Shown: positions 1 to 9,642 of the stretch, piece by piece
How positions within the stretch are numbered: the first letter of the stretch is position 1
Layout: every line of letters begins with the position of its first letter
Source of the DNA: Ruminococcus albus 7 = DSM 20455
Lineage (GTDB): Bacteria; Bacillota; Clostridia; Oscillospirales; Ruminococcaceae
Reading direction: 5' to 3'
DNA: 32,000 nt
NCBI RefSeq assembly: GCF_000179635.2
Contig: NC_014824.1
Coordinates: 150,001-182,000 of the forward strand
Notes under the pieces: generated by a model
What the model was told of the DNA's origin: nothing
Database searches by the model: none
Seen by the model: the letters and a program-made list of their open reading frames with translations, nothing else
Translations under genes and position numbers: made by a program

Positions 1-1043
1 ACCATATTTTCATAAAGAGCGCCTTTGTAAACGCCTAAATTTTTGTTGGCACGAAGGTCGTCCTGTGCTTCATCATCAAGCATTGCTACAAGCAGTCCGC
101 TGTCTGAAAAATACAGCTTGAATTTATCAGGATCAATGTTGCCCTTCAGCGGCAGTTCAGGAAAATTCATACAATTACATACATTAACGATCCCTGCGTC
201 GGTGAGCCATTCAATACAACCTCTGTATGTGTGAAAGCGTGCTCCGGAAGCGACTTTTGAGATTTGGAATTTCTTATTCTCTTTTGCAAGCTGCGGTGCT
301 ATGCTATTGAAGACATTGATGATCCTGGTCTGGTCTACACCGTCTGCATATTTTCTGATATCTTCTTTATAGTCCTCTATCAGCTGTCTTTGCGTATCGA
401 GAGAGCCTTCAAAAATACCGCTCTCGATATACTGCTTCACAACGGCTGGCATACCCCCGAGTACACAATAGTCAAGAAACAATGAACGGTACACTGCCAT
501 TTCCGGCTCGCTGAACGGTCTCAGCTCCAGCATAGCACCGAGCAGATCGTCATGCAGCGAAGCATCATATCCTTTTGCCCACAGGAATTCTTCAAAGTCA
601 AGCGAGTACATGATATAGTCTTTTTTGTAGCCTACACTGTTGCTTTCTATCCTGCGGTAATTGATGCCCAGCATCGAACCGCTGCATATCACATCAAAGC
701 GTCCGTCTTGTTTGAAGAATTTCAGACTTGTGGCAATATCGGGAAAGTGCTGTATCTCATCGAAGAAGAGCAACGTTTTTCCGGGGATAAATTTTTTGGT
801 TGGGTCGATCAGTGAGATGTTTTTGATGATTGCATCGCTTTTATAACCGTCTGCGATTATCATCGTGTATTTCGGTTCTTCTACAAAATTTATCTCTATA
901 ACGCTTTCGTAGTGTTCTGCTGCAAAGTGGCGGATTGATTCGGTCTTACCTATCTGACGTGAACCTTTAATGATAAGCGGCTTTCTGTCGTTGTCAAGTT
1001 TCCAGTCGCTTAGAAACCGGTCTATTTTTCTTCGCATATACAT
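1..1043 (-). CDS. AAA+ ATPase, AAA_14/DUF4143 family. N-terminus is complete; the C-terminus runs off the left edge of the window.
   Basis: Absent from the ORF track because there is no stop in the window. My translation from ATG at 1043-1041 reads MYMRRKIDRFLSDWKLDNDRKPLIIKGSRQIGKTESIRHF...LLFFDEIQHFPD...FKLYFSDSGLL. It has a Walker A-like GSRQIGKT and a Walker B LLFFDE. AGGAGGTG SD (revcomp of 1051-1058) lies 7 nt upstream. Confidence 0.8.
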   Translation of the reverse strand, partial: MYMRRKIDRFLSDWKLDNDRKPLIIKGSRQIGKTESIRHFAAEHYESVIEINFVEEPKYTMIIADGYKSDAIIKNISLIDPTKKFIPGKTLLFFDEIQHFPDIATSLKFFKQDGRFDVICSGSMLGINYRRIESNSVGYKKDYIMYSLDFEEFLWAKGYDASLHDDLLGAMLELRPFSEPEMAVYRSLFLDYCVLGGMPAVVKQYIESGIFEGSLDTQRQLIEDYKEDIRKYADGVDQTRIINVFNSIAPQLAKENKKFQISKVASGARFHTYRGCIEWLTDAGIVNVCNCMNFPELPLKGNIDPDKFKLYFSDSGLLVAMLDDEAQDDLRANKNLGVYKGALYENM

Positions 1044-1506
1044 ATTGCTGCACCTCCTGATACTATCATACAATAATCTGAGCCAAAAGTCAAGAGGTTA
1101 TAACATTTTTAGAGTGAATTTATAAATTAACAATACAAAATTCGAGCGAATTATTATGTCTTCGTTACAAAATATCAGTGAAAAGTGTTTCTCCGCCGAT
1201 CAGATCAAATCCGTCTGTGTCCTTAAAATCAAATCCAACGGTGCAGACAAAGCCTATGTTCCTTTTCCTGACGGCATTCTTCAAGCGTCATCGGTCTGTC
1301 GAGGTATTTGCATTCGTTGAGATCATTCTGCTTCACATATAATCAATAAGAAGAAATCCACAATCATATATAACACATATACATAATTATATAATTAATG
1401 CGTAGTGAGAAGCTGTTTTTTATACAACGATTGGAATCATTCTAACAAAACCATCTTCTTTCTCCCTTGCACTCCCCTTCCCACCCCCAAAATTATTCCC
1501 ACCAAA

Positions 1507-1542
1507 AAGAGCCGTGCTGACTGACAACACGGCTCTTCTGTA
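1507..1542 (-). terminator. Rho-independent terminator-like hairpin
   Basis: 10-bp stem aagagccgtg / cacggctctt (1507-1516 and 1528-1537) with an 11-nt loop. On the minus strand a TTTTT run follows it. It lies downstream of the IS66 remnant. Confidence 0.5.
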
Positions 1543-1581
1543 TATCATATGCTGGAAACAACTATACCTGACTGCACCTTA

Positions 1582-2251
1582 CTACACCTTTGCTTTGCAT
1601 ATACTCATTTCCGATATTGTAACTGACTCTACCTGACTATACTTTTTCTTGCAGAAATCAGGCAGGCTGTCGCTCCACGGCATCAGAGCTTCAAGCTGTT
1701 CCCTTGTCGGAGTATGACCGTACTTCGGCAGCTCTGTCAGCAGATGTAGGAGATACCCTACACATCAAGACCATTTCGCTTAGCTGTCTCGATAATTGTC
1801 ATAACCGCCGCGCTTGCGTGAGCACCCTTCTCGGTACAGCTGAAAAGAAAATTCTTCCTTGATGACCTTGAGCTTACTGCCGCAAACAGCACAGTTACAC
1901 TTGTTTTCGGGCAGCTTCGATACGATCTTCTCTTTGGAAGATCTTCTCTGAGCTTATTTTTGCCGCGGTGTTCACCGGTCTTTTGGGACTTTCTTTTACA
2001 ACGATGGTTTCCTCTGTCGGTTCTTCCGCAGTTTCATCGGAAAGCATTTTGGCTTCGTTGAACACGCCTTCAAAGCTCTCCTGACCGTCACACTGCAAAT
2101 ATTTTGACTTCTCGCTTTTACGCCCGAAAAGCATCTTGTTTCTTTTCAGAAGAAGTTTTTCAAGATGCTCTATGGTCTCATCTTTTTTCTCAATAATTTT
2201 CTCATAGAATACTCCAAAAGCTTTTCTATATATAATTTTTACCAAACTCAA
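1582..2251 (-). pseudogene. IS66-family transposase remnant with an internal deletion and frame breaks
   Basis: ORF 1895-2251 carries the IS66 N-terminal signature (LLKRNKMLFGRKSEKS). A CxxC zinc-finger piece follows in another frame (~1800-1900). A typical IS66 C-terminus (GYLLHLLTELPKYGHTPTREQLEALMPWSDSLPDFCKK) is readable at ~1582-1750. The total is far too short for an intact IS66 transposase. Confidence 0.7.
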
Positions 2252-2312
2252 TATTCTTCTATAATTACTATGAAAACCAAAAATTTTAATCCAGAAAAGG
2301 AATGATAAAAAA

Positions 2313-2852
2313 ATGAGTAACAGAAAACAAATAACAGATTTCCTCAGTCGTCTTCTCGAAAAAGAAAAATTTACTGGTATGGGTAAATACTGGGGAAAAG
2401 AAGTCGTAGTTGATTACGGGACAGAAGATATCAGAAGGATAGATTATATGGAATTTGTTCCGGTTAATCAACTGAGTATAGATGGAATAGAAAAAGGGAT
2501 TTTTAAAGGGTATGAGGTAAAGTCCTGTAAAGCTGATTTTAAATCAGGCTTTGGACAGAATTATTTTTGTGAATACAATTATTTAGTGATGACCATGCAG
2601 ACATACAAAGAACTTTTGCATGAAGAATTAAATGATATTCCTCATGAAGTCGGAGTTTTGGTTTCTATACCAAAAGATGCTACCAAGCCTAATAAAGAAG
2701 CTGTGCTTGATGAATTTGATGATCCCACTCCCCTTCCGAATGATTATAATACAGATAATTGGCGGCTCGTTTCGGTCAGAAACGCTATACAGACATACAG
2801 AAAGAAGCCTATGCTTGAGCTTATGTTCTGTCTTCTTAGGAACAGATGCTGA
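2313..2852 (+). CDS. Hypothetical protein, possibly PD-(D/E)XK nuclease fold (MmcB-like)
   Basis: 179-aa ORF. RRIDYMEF ... GYEVKSCKADF gives a D...E-x-K arrangement reminiscent of restriction-endonuclease-fold proteins. The assignment rests on the motif only. Confidence 0.4.
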   Translation: MSNRKQITDFLSRLLEKEKFTGMGKYWGKEVVVDYGTEDIRRIDYMEFVPVNQLSIDGIEKGIFKGYEVKSCKADFKSGFGQNYFCEYNYLVMTMQTYKELLHEELNDIPHEVGVLVSIPKDATKPNKEAVLDEFDDPTPLPNDYNTDNWRLVSVRNAIQTYRKKPMLELMFCLLRNRC

Positions 2853-3174
2853 AAAAGAAGATGATATAACATCATCACTCCCCTACCCTACAACGAATTT
2901 TCACATATACTTTCAATTAATTATAGAACATATCTGTGACGGATATGATGCTTACAACGCTGTTTGATGCAACGCTTCTGCAATTTAAAAATGTGATCAT
3001 TTCCGATGGCCTTGTATGTGTTATGCCATCATATTCGGTCGAACAGCAAAACTGATTTCAAGGGTATATATATGGACGCAAAGAGAAATCAAAACCAGGA
3101 TATGATGTTGCAGCCGTGTGTTATCAGTCCGGCTATTTAGCTTGATGATGCGGGGGGATAATACGCTTACGAAT

Positions 3175-3209
3175 AAAAGCGAGATGCAGATCAATTGCAT
3201 CTCGCTTTT
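3175..3209. terminator. Bidirectional rho-independent terminator
   Basis: Perfect 14-bp stem aaaagcgagatgca / tgcatctcgctttt with a 7-nt loop. An A-run precedes it and a T-run follows it. Confidence 0.7.
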
Positions 3210-3264
3210 ACCAAGATATCCAGTTATTCCCTTTTTCATACTCTCCCAGCCAGCATATCATAAG

Positions 3265-3351
3265 TCACACCGTACTTTTCTGCAATATACTTTCTGTATT
3301 AATCGATTCGATTTTCAGCAGCTTCTTTACATCCTTGATTCTGTTTGCCAT
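3265..3351 (-). CDS. 28-aa ORF, possibly the frameshifted remnant of a small HTH protein
   Basis: GAGGTG SD lies 7 nt upstream of ATG 3351 (MANRIKDVKKLLKIESINTESILQKSTV). A shifted frame continues RKYIAEKYGVTYDMLAGRV, which looks HTH-like. The terminator at 3175-3209 is downstream. Confidence 0.25.
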   Translation of the reverse strand: MANRIKDVKKLLKIESINTESILQKSTV

Positions 3352-3445
3352 GCGGTTTCACCTCATCAGTGAGGGCATAAAAAAAGCACCTGCCGTAACA
3401 AGTGCTAATAGACTTACTTTAGAGGGTAATAGGTTTCATTTTATA

Positions 3446-4720
3446 TTATTTTCTCGCGATTTCATGCATATATTCGGATAATTCGTCTGCTTGAATCATT
3501 GGGCTGCTGTGACCACCTTCAAATTTAAAAAAACCTTTTTCAGGCGCTTCTATTCTTTCATAATAATCACATGCAAATGAATACATTGTATCAGGATTTC
3601 GATCTTTTTCCCCCTCAAGCAGATAAAAAGGTACCTCGTATTTGCATTCTTCATCAATCGACATATCTTGTTCCATCTCGTCACTCTTTGCTCCCAATCG
3701 TTTTATGTATTCCTCATACTCACATCCATTTATATATGTATAGTCTATATTCTTTTCTGGTTTTTCTATTTGATTTTTTAGATATCTGTCGTGAAGCATT
3801 TTAGATTGTTCTAAAGTGATATAAGGATTTAGAAGTAGCCAATCGTCCATTTTTTCATTTGAATCAGGATATTTACAGCAATCCTCTAAAACTTGAGTAA
3901 GTCTTTCTAATTGACTATCATTATCATCTAATGGATCATCTTTCAAGTCATTTGGATTAAAAGATTCCACTAAAGTTAAATATTCTTCATTATTTTTTAC
4001 TTTATCTAAAGTTAAGAGATAATCTTTAAGATAATGTCTACTTTCTATTTCGTCAACAACTAATGAAGCAACAATTAATTTATCATACTTTTCTGGATGT
4101 TCTAAAACTAAATTAGCAGCAAAAATAGACCCCCACGAATGTCCAAATAAAGTAATTTTCTCCTTATGCAAGCAATCACATAAATAATTAGTCATTGCAA
4201 TTCCATCTTGCATCATGACGTCTTTGGTAAGAGGGCTGACTTCTTGGAATTGTAAATTTTCATGATAACTATGACCACATCCACGTTGATCCCAAATAAC
4301 AACGGTGTATACATCACTTAGTTTTCTAAGAACGCCCCAATCATAATAACTCGTTGCTGAACAGGGACCACCATGAAGATATAATAGAACTGGATTATCG
4401 CGATTCTCTCCATATATGCTGATCCATTGTATCGATTCGTCTATATCCTCTTGTTTCATTTCGCTTATATCAACTTTTTCCTGTTCATCTAAATCAACAA
4501 AATAATTTTCATTAATTCCACCATTGGGAGTTTTTAAATACTGTTCCCGCTTTTTTCTGATTTCATCGATATCGATTGAGTTTAGTTTTTGGATAATGCT
4601 TTTCTCCTCATTATACTTTTGATAACAATAAACAATAGAACATATTATGATACTGATAGCCAGCAGGGTTGCTATTATAAATAAAAATTTATTTATTCTA
4701 TTTATTTTATTTGATGACAT
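3446..4720 (-). CDS. Membrane-anchored alpha/beta hydrolase (prolyl aminopeptidase-like family)
   Basis: 424 aa. N-terminal TM helix (FLFIIATLLAISIIICSIVYCY), oxyanion LYLHGGP, and nucleophile elbow GHSWGS. Confidence 0.85.
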   Translation of the reverse strand: MSSNKINRINKFLFIIATLLAISIIICSIVYCYQKYNEEKSIIQKLNSIDIDEIRKKREQYLKTPNGGINENYFVDLDEQEKVDISEMKQEDIDESIQWISIYGENRDNPVLLYLHGGPCSATSYYDWGVLRKLSDVYTVVIWDQRGCGHSYHENLQFQEVSPLTKDVMMQDGIAMTNYLCDCLHKEKITLFGHSWGSIFAANLVLEHPEKYDKLIVASLVVDEIESRHYLKDYLLTLDKVKNNEEYLTLVESFNPNDLKDDPLDDNDSQLERLTQVLEDCCKYPDSNEKMDDWLLLNPYITLEQSKMLHDRYLKNQIEKPEKNIDYTYINGCEYEEYIKRLGAKSDEMEQDMSIDEECKYEVPFYLLEGEKDRNPDTMYSFACDYYERIEAPEKGFFKFEGGHSSPMIQADELSEYMHEIARK

Positions 4721-4963
4721 ACTATAACCCCTTTGAAATGGTATAAATGTATTATAACAAGTATACTAGAAAATGTCAATCAGAAGGAATCAAAATCAGC
4801 CTGTCAAGCAACCTCATGCTAAGATTCACGTGAGACAAAGTCGAAAACGCTGACAGGTACGATGGGTTAGAGGATGTTCAAATAGAAGTCTATTATAATA
4901 AAATAATAGATACACCTGATAATGATAGAGAAACGGTTTCAGCTGGGAAATTTTTCATTGAAC

Positions 4964-5077
4964 CTAATGAATTTGGCTTTGAATAGCATTTCCGATCTTG
5001 TCGGCAAGAGGTAATTTCTGCGCTTTATCTATGAAGTTAGACAAAGGCTTATAATCAGCATAAAACCAAGTACACAT
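4964..5077 (-). pseudogene. N-terminal remnant of a second SRAP (SOS response-associated peptidase) gene
   Basis: ATG at 5077 sits 5 nt after the yolD-like stop. It reads MCTWFYADYKPLSNFIDKAQKLPLADKIGN, which parallels the N-terminus of the intact SRAP at 8477-9163 (MCTWFYVEKSTLSPIITKAQQLPLTNTIMN). The similarity then ends and a stop follows. Confidence 0.6.
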
Positions 5078-5082
5078 ACTGG

Positions 5083-5496
5083 TCAGCACTCCCCTTTGAA
5101 CTCTATCTTGAATATATCCTGAATGTTTATCCTGAACCTGTCTTTGAAGACAAGCTCCTGAGAATAGCTGTCAAATATCCTCACTACACCGACCTTTTCC
5201 CCATACTTACCGCCTGACTTCTTCTCATCGGGTACGAAGTAGGTAACGCTGATCTCCGGTTGTTCGTCCAAGCTGTCAAGCAGCCGGTTAAGATTATCGT
5301 TTAGCTCAGACATTTCGTCCTCTGTCATTACGGTTCTGCTGTCGGTCAGCCTTGCTGTCTCGGCTACTGCATCATCGTAACCAACGAGAGCCGCAAAAGG
5401 ACTGAACTGTGCCGCTCTGTCGCTCATGGACATAGGGTGCAGATCGTCATACTGCGGACGGGTGAGGTGTTTTATATCGTCGTAATTATTGGGCAT
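5083..5496 (-). CDS. YolD-like protein (accessory protein of Y-family polymerase operons)
   Basis: 137 aa. Has the characteristic MSMSDRAAQFSPFAALVGYDD motif. GAGGTG SD upstream. Lies in an operon with a Y-family polymerase. Confidence 0.8.
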   Translation of the reverse strand: MPNNYDDIKHLTRPQYDDLHPMSMSDRAAQFSPFAALVGYDDAVAETARLTDSRTVMTEDEMSELNDNLNRLLDSLDEQPEISVTYFVPDEKKSGGKYGEKVGVVRIFDSYSQELVFKDRFRINIQDIFKIEFKGEC

Positions 5497-5511
5497 AGCG
5501 TGTTCACCTCA

Positions 5512-6021
5512 TCAAAGTAAATGTAAGAATGAAATAATCAAGATACTCTCAAAAACAGTTCCAAGAATTGATTCAAATATTGCTTCACAGATGTCACTGA
5601 AAACTATAATCATCTGCTCCAGATTATTCCTATTGATTTTGATTTTTAGCTGTGTGCCTATTTCCCACTTTTTTATCGAAAATGACCTGAATACTTTTTC
5701 TTTATGTTTTTTATTTTTGTAATCAACATATTCTGTTATATAAACTGTGTGTAAGCCTCTACCCATTCGTATATATTCTGTATCTGTTATCGTGCAAGTT
5801 GAAGCGTATAGATGCTTTCTGTTTTTTAATATAAAGAATAACAGCTTAATGGTTCTGTTAAAAAACATATAGCCAATAAACAGAATCAAAATTGTCATCC
5901 AAATAAGAATTCTAAGACGTTCGATATTAAAACGTGCAATAGCAGATATTGCGCATATAAACGAGCATAGTATAAAAATTGCTACTGCGATTCTTTCATA
6001 TTTAGTAAAATTGTTGTGCAT
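5512..6021 (-). CDS. Hypothetical membrane protein (2 N-terminal TM helices)
   Basis: 169-aa ORF, visibly more AT-rich than its flanks. TM helices are IAVAIFILCSFICAISAI and ILIWMTILILFIGYMFF. No family recognised. Confidence 0.55.
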   Translation of the reverse strand: MHNNFTKYERIAVAIFILCSFICAISAIARFNIERLRILIWMTILILFIGYMFFNRTIKLLFFILKNRKHLYASTCTITDTEYIRMGRGLHTVYITEYVDYKNKKHKEKVFRSFSIKKWEIGTQLKIKINRNNLEQMIIVFSDICEAIFESILGTVFESILIISFLHLL

Positions 6022-6077
6022 AAAACACCTCTATACTGATAAATCACGATTCATAACGCACAGCAGAGGAATGCATC

Positions 6078-7571
6078 TCAAGCTTTATGTCCACCCACGG
6101 TTTTATTGCGTTCCCGAGCCGTAGCACCTTCCGTAAAATTCGTACCTTTAAGAACGGCATTCTTTCCGAATTTGTGTTTGATCGTGAGCATCGCTTCCTG
6201 CAATGCTCTTTCTTTTTCAAGCGCCTTCTCATCATCCTCGTGATTCTGTATGGTTTCCTCCGTATCGAACAGGGAAAGCTGTTCGTAGCTTTCGCTCTCA
6301 GGCACATCGCTCTCCTTGATGACGTTGCAGGCAACAAGGTTGATCCGCCTTGCAAGTAGCGTTTTATCGAAAATACGGTCAAAAAGTGCCATTGTCGCTT
6401 CGACCATCTTCCTTGTGGACGATGTGTGCTTATCAAGATTCTGTGTACCGTGAGCGTGTTTGGGAACATTTCTGCCGTAACGGTCGGAAACCACTTCGCC
6501 CTGATAGTGACCGTCCGCAAGGCTCTCACGGTCATAGCCGACGGTCAGCACGATCTGATTCGTCACAAGCCCTTTATCCACCAGGTCAAGCGACAGCATA
6601 TCCGCCATTTCCCACACGATCAGCCGAGTACGCTCATAGTCACAAGGCTCTTGCAGGACTTGTCCTGATGTGATACTCTGATTTTCCGGACGGTAAGCTT
6701 TTACATCAGCTATGGTAGTTGGTTCAATGCCCCAGGCATGATCTATCAGCAGCTCTGCATTCTTGCCGAGGAGCTTATACAGCTTTCCGATATGATAGCG
6801 GTCAAGCGACCATCTTGCAATATCCCCCATAGTGTAGATATGGAGTGTTTCAAGGCGTTTTGCTATGCCTGCACCTACTCTCCAGAAGTCTGTTATCGGT
6901 GTGTGCGACCACCATTTATCCTTATAGGTCTGCTCATCAAGCTCTGCAATACGCACTCCGTCCTTATCCGCAGGAATATGCTTCGCCACAATATCCATAG
7001 CTACCTTGCACAGGAACATATTTGAGCCGACTCCTGCCGTAGCCGTAATACCTGTTGTATCGAGAACGTCCTGTATCAGCATACGGGCAAAACCGTGACC
7101 ATCAGTGTTGTAGATGCTGAGATAGCCTGTGGCATCAATGAAAACTTCATCGACCGAGTAAGCAAAAATATCTTCGGGAGCAACGTATTTCAGGTAAATG
7201 CCGTAGATCTGAGCGCTCACTTTCATATAGTGCGCCATTTGCGGGGTTGCTACCACATAATCAACGGCGAGGGAAGGATTCTGCACAAGCTCCGAGTAAA
7301 TGCAGCTCTTGTCAGTGAGCTGTCTGTTGGGAGCTTTCTTCTGCCTCTGTTCATTGACCTCTTTCACACGCTGTACGACCTCAAACAGCCTTGCTCTGCC
7401 CGAAATACCGTAGCTTTTGAGTGACGGCGAAACGGCAAGGCATATTGTCTTTTCGGTACGGCTCTGATCTGCTACCACAAGATTTGTGTTCAGCGGATCA
7501 AGCCCAAGCTCTACGCACTCTACCGAAGCATAGAAGGATTTGAGGTCTATCGCTACATATACCTTGTTCAT
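6078..7571 (-). CDS. Y-family (translesion) DNA polymerase, UvrX/ImpB-like
   Basis: 497 aa. N-terminus VYVAIDLKSFYASVECVELGLDP and SVDEVFID are typical Y-family palm motifs. Confidence 0.9.
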   Translation of the reverse strand: MNKVYVAIDLKSFYASVECVELGLDPLNTNLVVADQSRTEKTICLAVSPSLKSYGISGRARLFEVVQRVKEVNEQRQKKAPNRQLTDKSCIYSELVQNPSLAVDYVVATPQMAHYMKVSAQIYGIYLKYVAPEDIFAYSVDEVFIDATGYLSIYNTDGHGFARMLIQDVLDTTGITATAGVGSNMFLCKVAMDIVAKHIPADKDGVRIAELDEQTYKDKWWSHTPITDFWRVGAGIAKRLETLHIYTMGDIARWSLDRYHIGKLYKLLGKNAELLIDHAWGIEPTTIADVKAYRPENQSITSGQVLQEPCDYERTRLIVWEMADMLSLDLVDKGLVTNQIVLTVGYDRESLADGHYQGEVVSDRYGRNVPKHAHGTQNLDKHTSSTRKMVEATMALFDRIFDKTLLARRINLVACNVIKESDVPESESYEQLSLFDTEETIQNHEDDEKALEKERALQEAMLTIKHKFGKNAVLKGTNFTEGATARERNKTVGGHKA

Positions 7572-7612
7572 TTTTCACCGTCCTTTCGGTCATATACGCT
7601 GTGTCAGGGCAA

Positions 7613-8446
7613 TCAAGCCAATTTTGATAGAAAGGCTTTTATCTTTGAACTGATCTTATCGCTTTCATAATAATGGATATAATGCCCGCAATTCAGGAAA
7701 ACAGTCTCAGCATTTACGGACTTAGCGTACTTTTGTTCATTGCTTATCCAGTTAGGCGATGTTTGTTTTCCGTCAGATACAAACATTAAAGTCGGACATT
7801 CGGCTTTACCTGCCCTTGCAACGATTTTGGCATTTTTCAGAACCTGCATTGCCTCATTGACATAACAGTTATTCATCAGGTTACGCCTTTTAAGGAGGTT
7901 ATGCTGCTGTATTTCATCCTTATTCAGTTCTCTCTTGCTTATCGGATACCAGAACATCAGCCCAAGATTATTCAGCTTCTTTAATCTCCGCATAAGTTCT
8001 AATCGTTTGTGAATCTCTTTATTGCCCCATTCCATATATGTAAGCGGAGTTGCCATGTCAAGACCGATTATAGCCTTTATATCGTCAGGATACATCTGCT
8101 TCCACCGTATAGCTTCTATTCCGCTCATTGAATGCGGTAGAAGTATATATGGGGCTTTTTCACCGATCATTTTCAAAGCCTGTTTCTGATAGGAAACGAC
8201 TGAATCAATATCACACGGACATTCATACAGATCGGAATAGCCGTAACCGAACTTCTCTATCACGATTATCCGATAATCATCGAGCAGCTTTTTGTATAAG
8301 ACCTTGAAATCATATATCGGTGCTACCGTACCGGAGCCTGACATAAATACGAGCTTCGGCTTATTTGCATCACCGCATCTGAAGATATGCAGCTTATGAC
8401 CGTTTATCTTGACAAATTCCAAATCTTTTCTGAACTTGGCTTTCAT
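7613..8446 (-). CDS. Alpha/beta hydrolase
   Basis: 277 aa. Has LVFMSGSGT and the nucleophile elbow PHSMSG. AGAAGGTG SD upstream. Confidence 0.85.
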   Translation of the reverse strand: MKAKFRKDLEFVKINGHKLHIFRCGDANKPKLVFMSGSGTVAPIYDFKVLYKKLLDDYRIIVIEKFGYGYSDLYECPCDIDSVVSYQKQALKMIGEKAPYILLPHSMSGIEAIRWKQMYPDDIKAIIGLDMATPLTYMEWGNKEIHKRLELMRRLKKLNNLGLMFWYPISKRELNKDEIQQHNLLKRRNLMNNCYVNEAMQVLKNAKIVARAGKAECPTLMFVSDGKQTSPNWISNEQKYAKSVNAETVFLNCGHYIHYYESDKISSKIKAFLSKLA

Positions 8447-8476
8447 TTTTCACCTTCTCTTTATTACCATTCAACA

Positions 8477-9163
8477 CTATATCTGCATAAACTCCGGCTT
8501 CGGCTCAGGATAGTCAACCGCTTTTTCCATGACCATATTTGTCAGTGCCTTCTTTGCTATCCTGCTGGGATCACCATCGGGGCGCACCCAATCACGCAAA
8601 CTGTCTTTGCCGAGGATAAGGGGCATTCGGTCATGGATAGTGCTTACAGGTTCGACCGATTCTCTTGTTATGACAGCGAACATCGGTATCTGAACACCTC
8701 TATGCTCCTCAAAGCGGTACAGTCCTGCAAGGTATGTGATCTCAGAACCTTCAGGCTGTATCGCAAACTTTTCTTTTTTGATGTTCCGCTGTTCATTTGC
8801 GTTATGGTAGCCGACCTCAGATGGCGGTATGCCCCATTCGTAGTACCAAGATGCAGGAATCACGCATCTCCGTCTGAACCATGAGTCTTTCCATACAGAC
8901 TTCTGGTCCGCTGTTTCGATACGGCAGTTGATAAGCGGTTTTGGAGATGCATCGACAGTGAAGCCCCATATCATAGGAAACACAGCCATATTGCCTTGCT
9001 TGTTCGGAGCAAACACCGCTGCCATATCGGTAGGACGGATATTGCCCGACATTGCCGCTGATCGCGCCATAGTGTTCATTATGGTATTGGTCAATGGTAA
9101 CTGCTGTGCTTTTGTGATGATCGGTGACAGCGTAGATTTTTCAACATAGAACCAAGTACACAT
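8477..9163 (-). CDS. SOS response-associated peptidase (SRAP/YedK family, abasic-site crosslinking)
   Basis: Start moved to ATG 9163 so that the protein begins MC (Cys2 nucleophile). AGGGAGGAG SD lies 7 nt upstream. Motifs present: NCRIETA, RRCVIPASWYYEW, IHDRMPLIL. Confidence 0.85.
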   Translation of the reverse strand: MCTWFYVEKSTLSPIITKAQQLPLTNTIMNTMARSAAMSGNIRPTDMAAVFAPNKQGNMAVFPMIWGFTVDASPKPLINCRIETADQKSVWKDSWFRRRCVIPASWYYEWGIPPSEVGYHNANEQRNIKKEKFAIQPEGSEITYLAGLYRFEEHRGVQIPMFAVITRESVEPVSTIHDRMPLILGKDSLRDWVRPDGDPSRIAKKALTNMVMEKAVDYPEPKPEFMQI

Positions 9164-9207
9164 GGGGTTCACTCCTCCCTTATTCCTGCGATAAACCAAA
9201 TCAGAAT

Positions 9208-9573
9208 TTAAACTATTCTATATCCTTCAGAAGCTAAGACTTCTAAAGCTCTATTATAGTTTTCTTTCTTCACAAGAATATAATCTGTATTGAATGTTGA
9301 TACTGCAAAGATACCTATTTTATGTTCAGCGAGGATGCCTGACAGCTTTGATAAGATACCTATCAACGAAAAATCAAGTATTCCCTGAATACGAAAGCCT
9401 TTCCAACCGTCATCCCGTTCAATGGTTTCTGCCGGAACATCTTCTGTTTTGCAAACCAAGGATAATTCTTCATCCGTTTTTCCAATAAAATAAAAATTTG
9501 CGGTCATATCTATATCTGATATATCCTTTACTTTGCAAACAGTCAGATCATACTCAATTCTTTTCAGTTCCAT
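9208..9573 (-). CDS. ACT domain-containing protein
   Basis: 121 aa. The pattern FRIQGILDFSLIGILSKLSGILAEHKIGIFAVSTFNTDYILV is typical of the small ACT-domain family. Confidence 0.65.
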   Translation of the reverse strand: MELKRIEYDLTVCKVKDISDIDMTANFYFIGKTDEELSLVCKTEDVPAETIERDDGWKGFRIQGILDFSLIGILSKLSGILAEHKIGIFAVSTFNTDYILVKKENYNRALEVLASEGYRIV

Positions 9574-9642
9574 TTGTCCGTTCCCCCTCCTAAATTCCGA
9601 TTTAATTTATACGAGCTATTCCTCGCATTACTTACATTACAA

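Noticed and set aside
43-846. Four plus-strand ORFs of 61-87 aa at the left edge
   Set aside because: They are antisense to the continuous DUF4143 ATPase reading frame that runs off the window. The track omitted that frame because it has no stop.
2286-3372. Short ORFs at 2286-2471 (-), 2632-2967 (+), 3021-3239 (-) and 3118-3372 (+)
   Set aside because: They overlap the better-supported 2313-2852 ORF or read straight through the perfect terminator hairpin at 3175-3209. They lack SD sites.
6044-7424. Several 80-160-aa ORFs on both strands overlapping the Y-family polymerase gene
   Set aside because: They are out of frame or antisense within a well-supported 497-aa gene. Their compositions are Arg/Ser-rich and nonsense-like.
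8477-9199. Longer 240-aa version of the SRAP ORF starting at TTG 9199
   Set aside because: SRAP proteins need Cys2 as the nucleophile after Met removal. ATG 9163 gives MC... and has a strong AGGGAGGAG SD, whereas the TTG has none.
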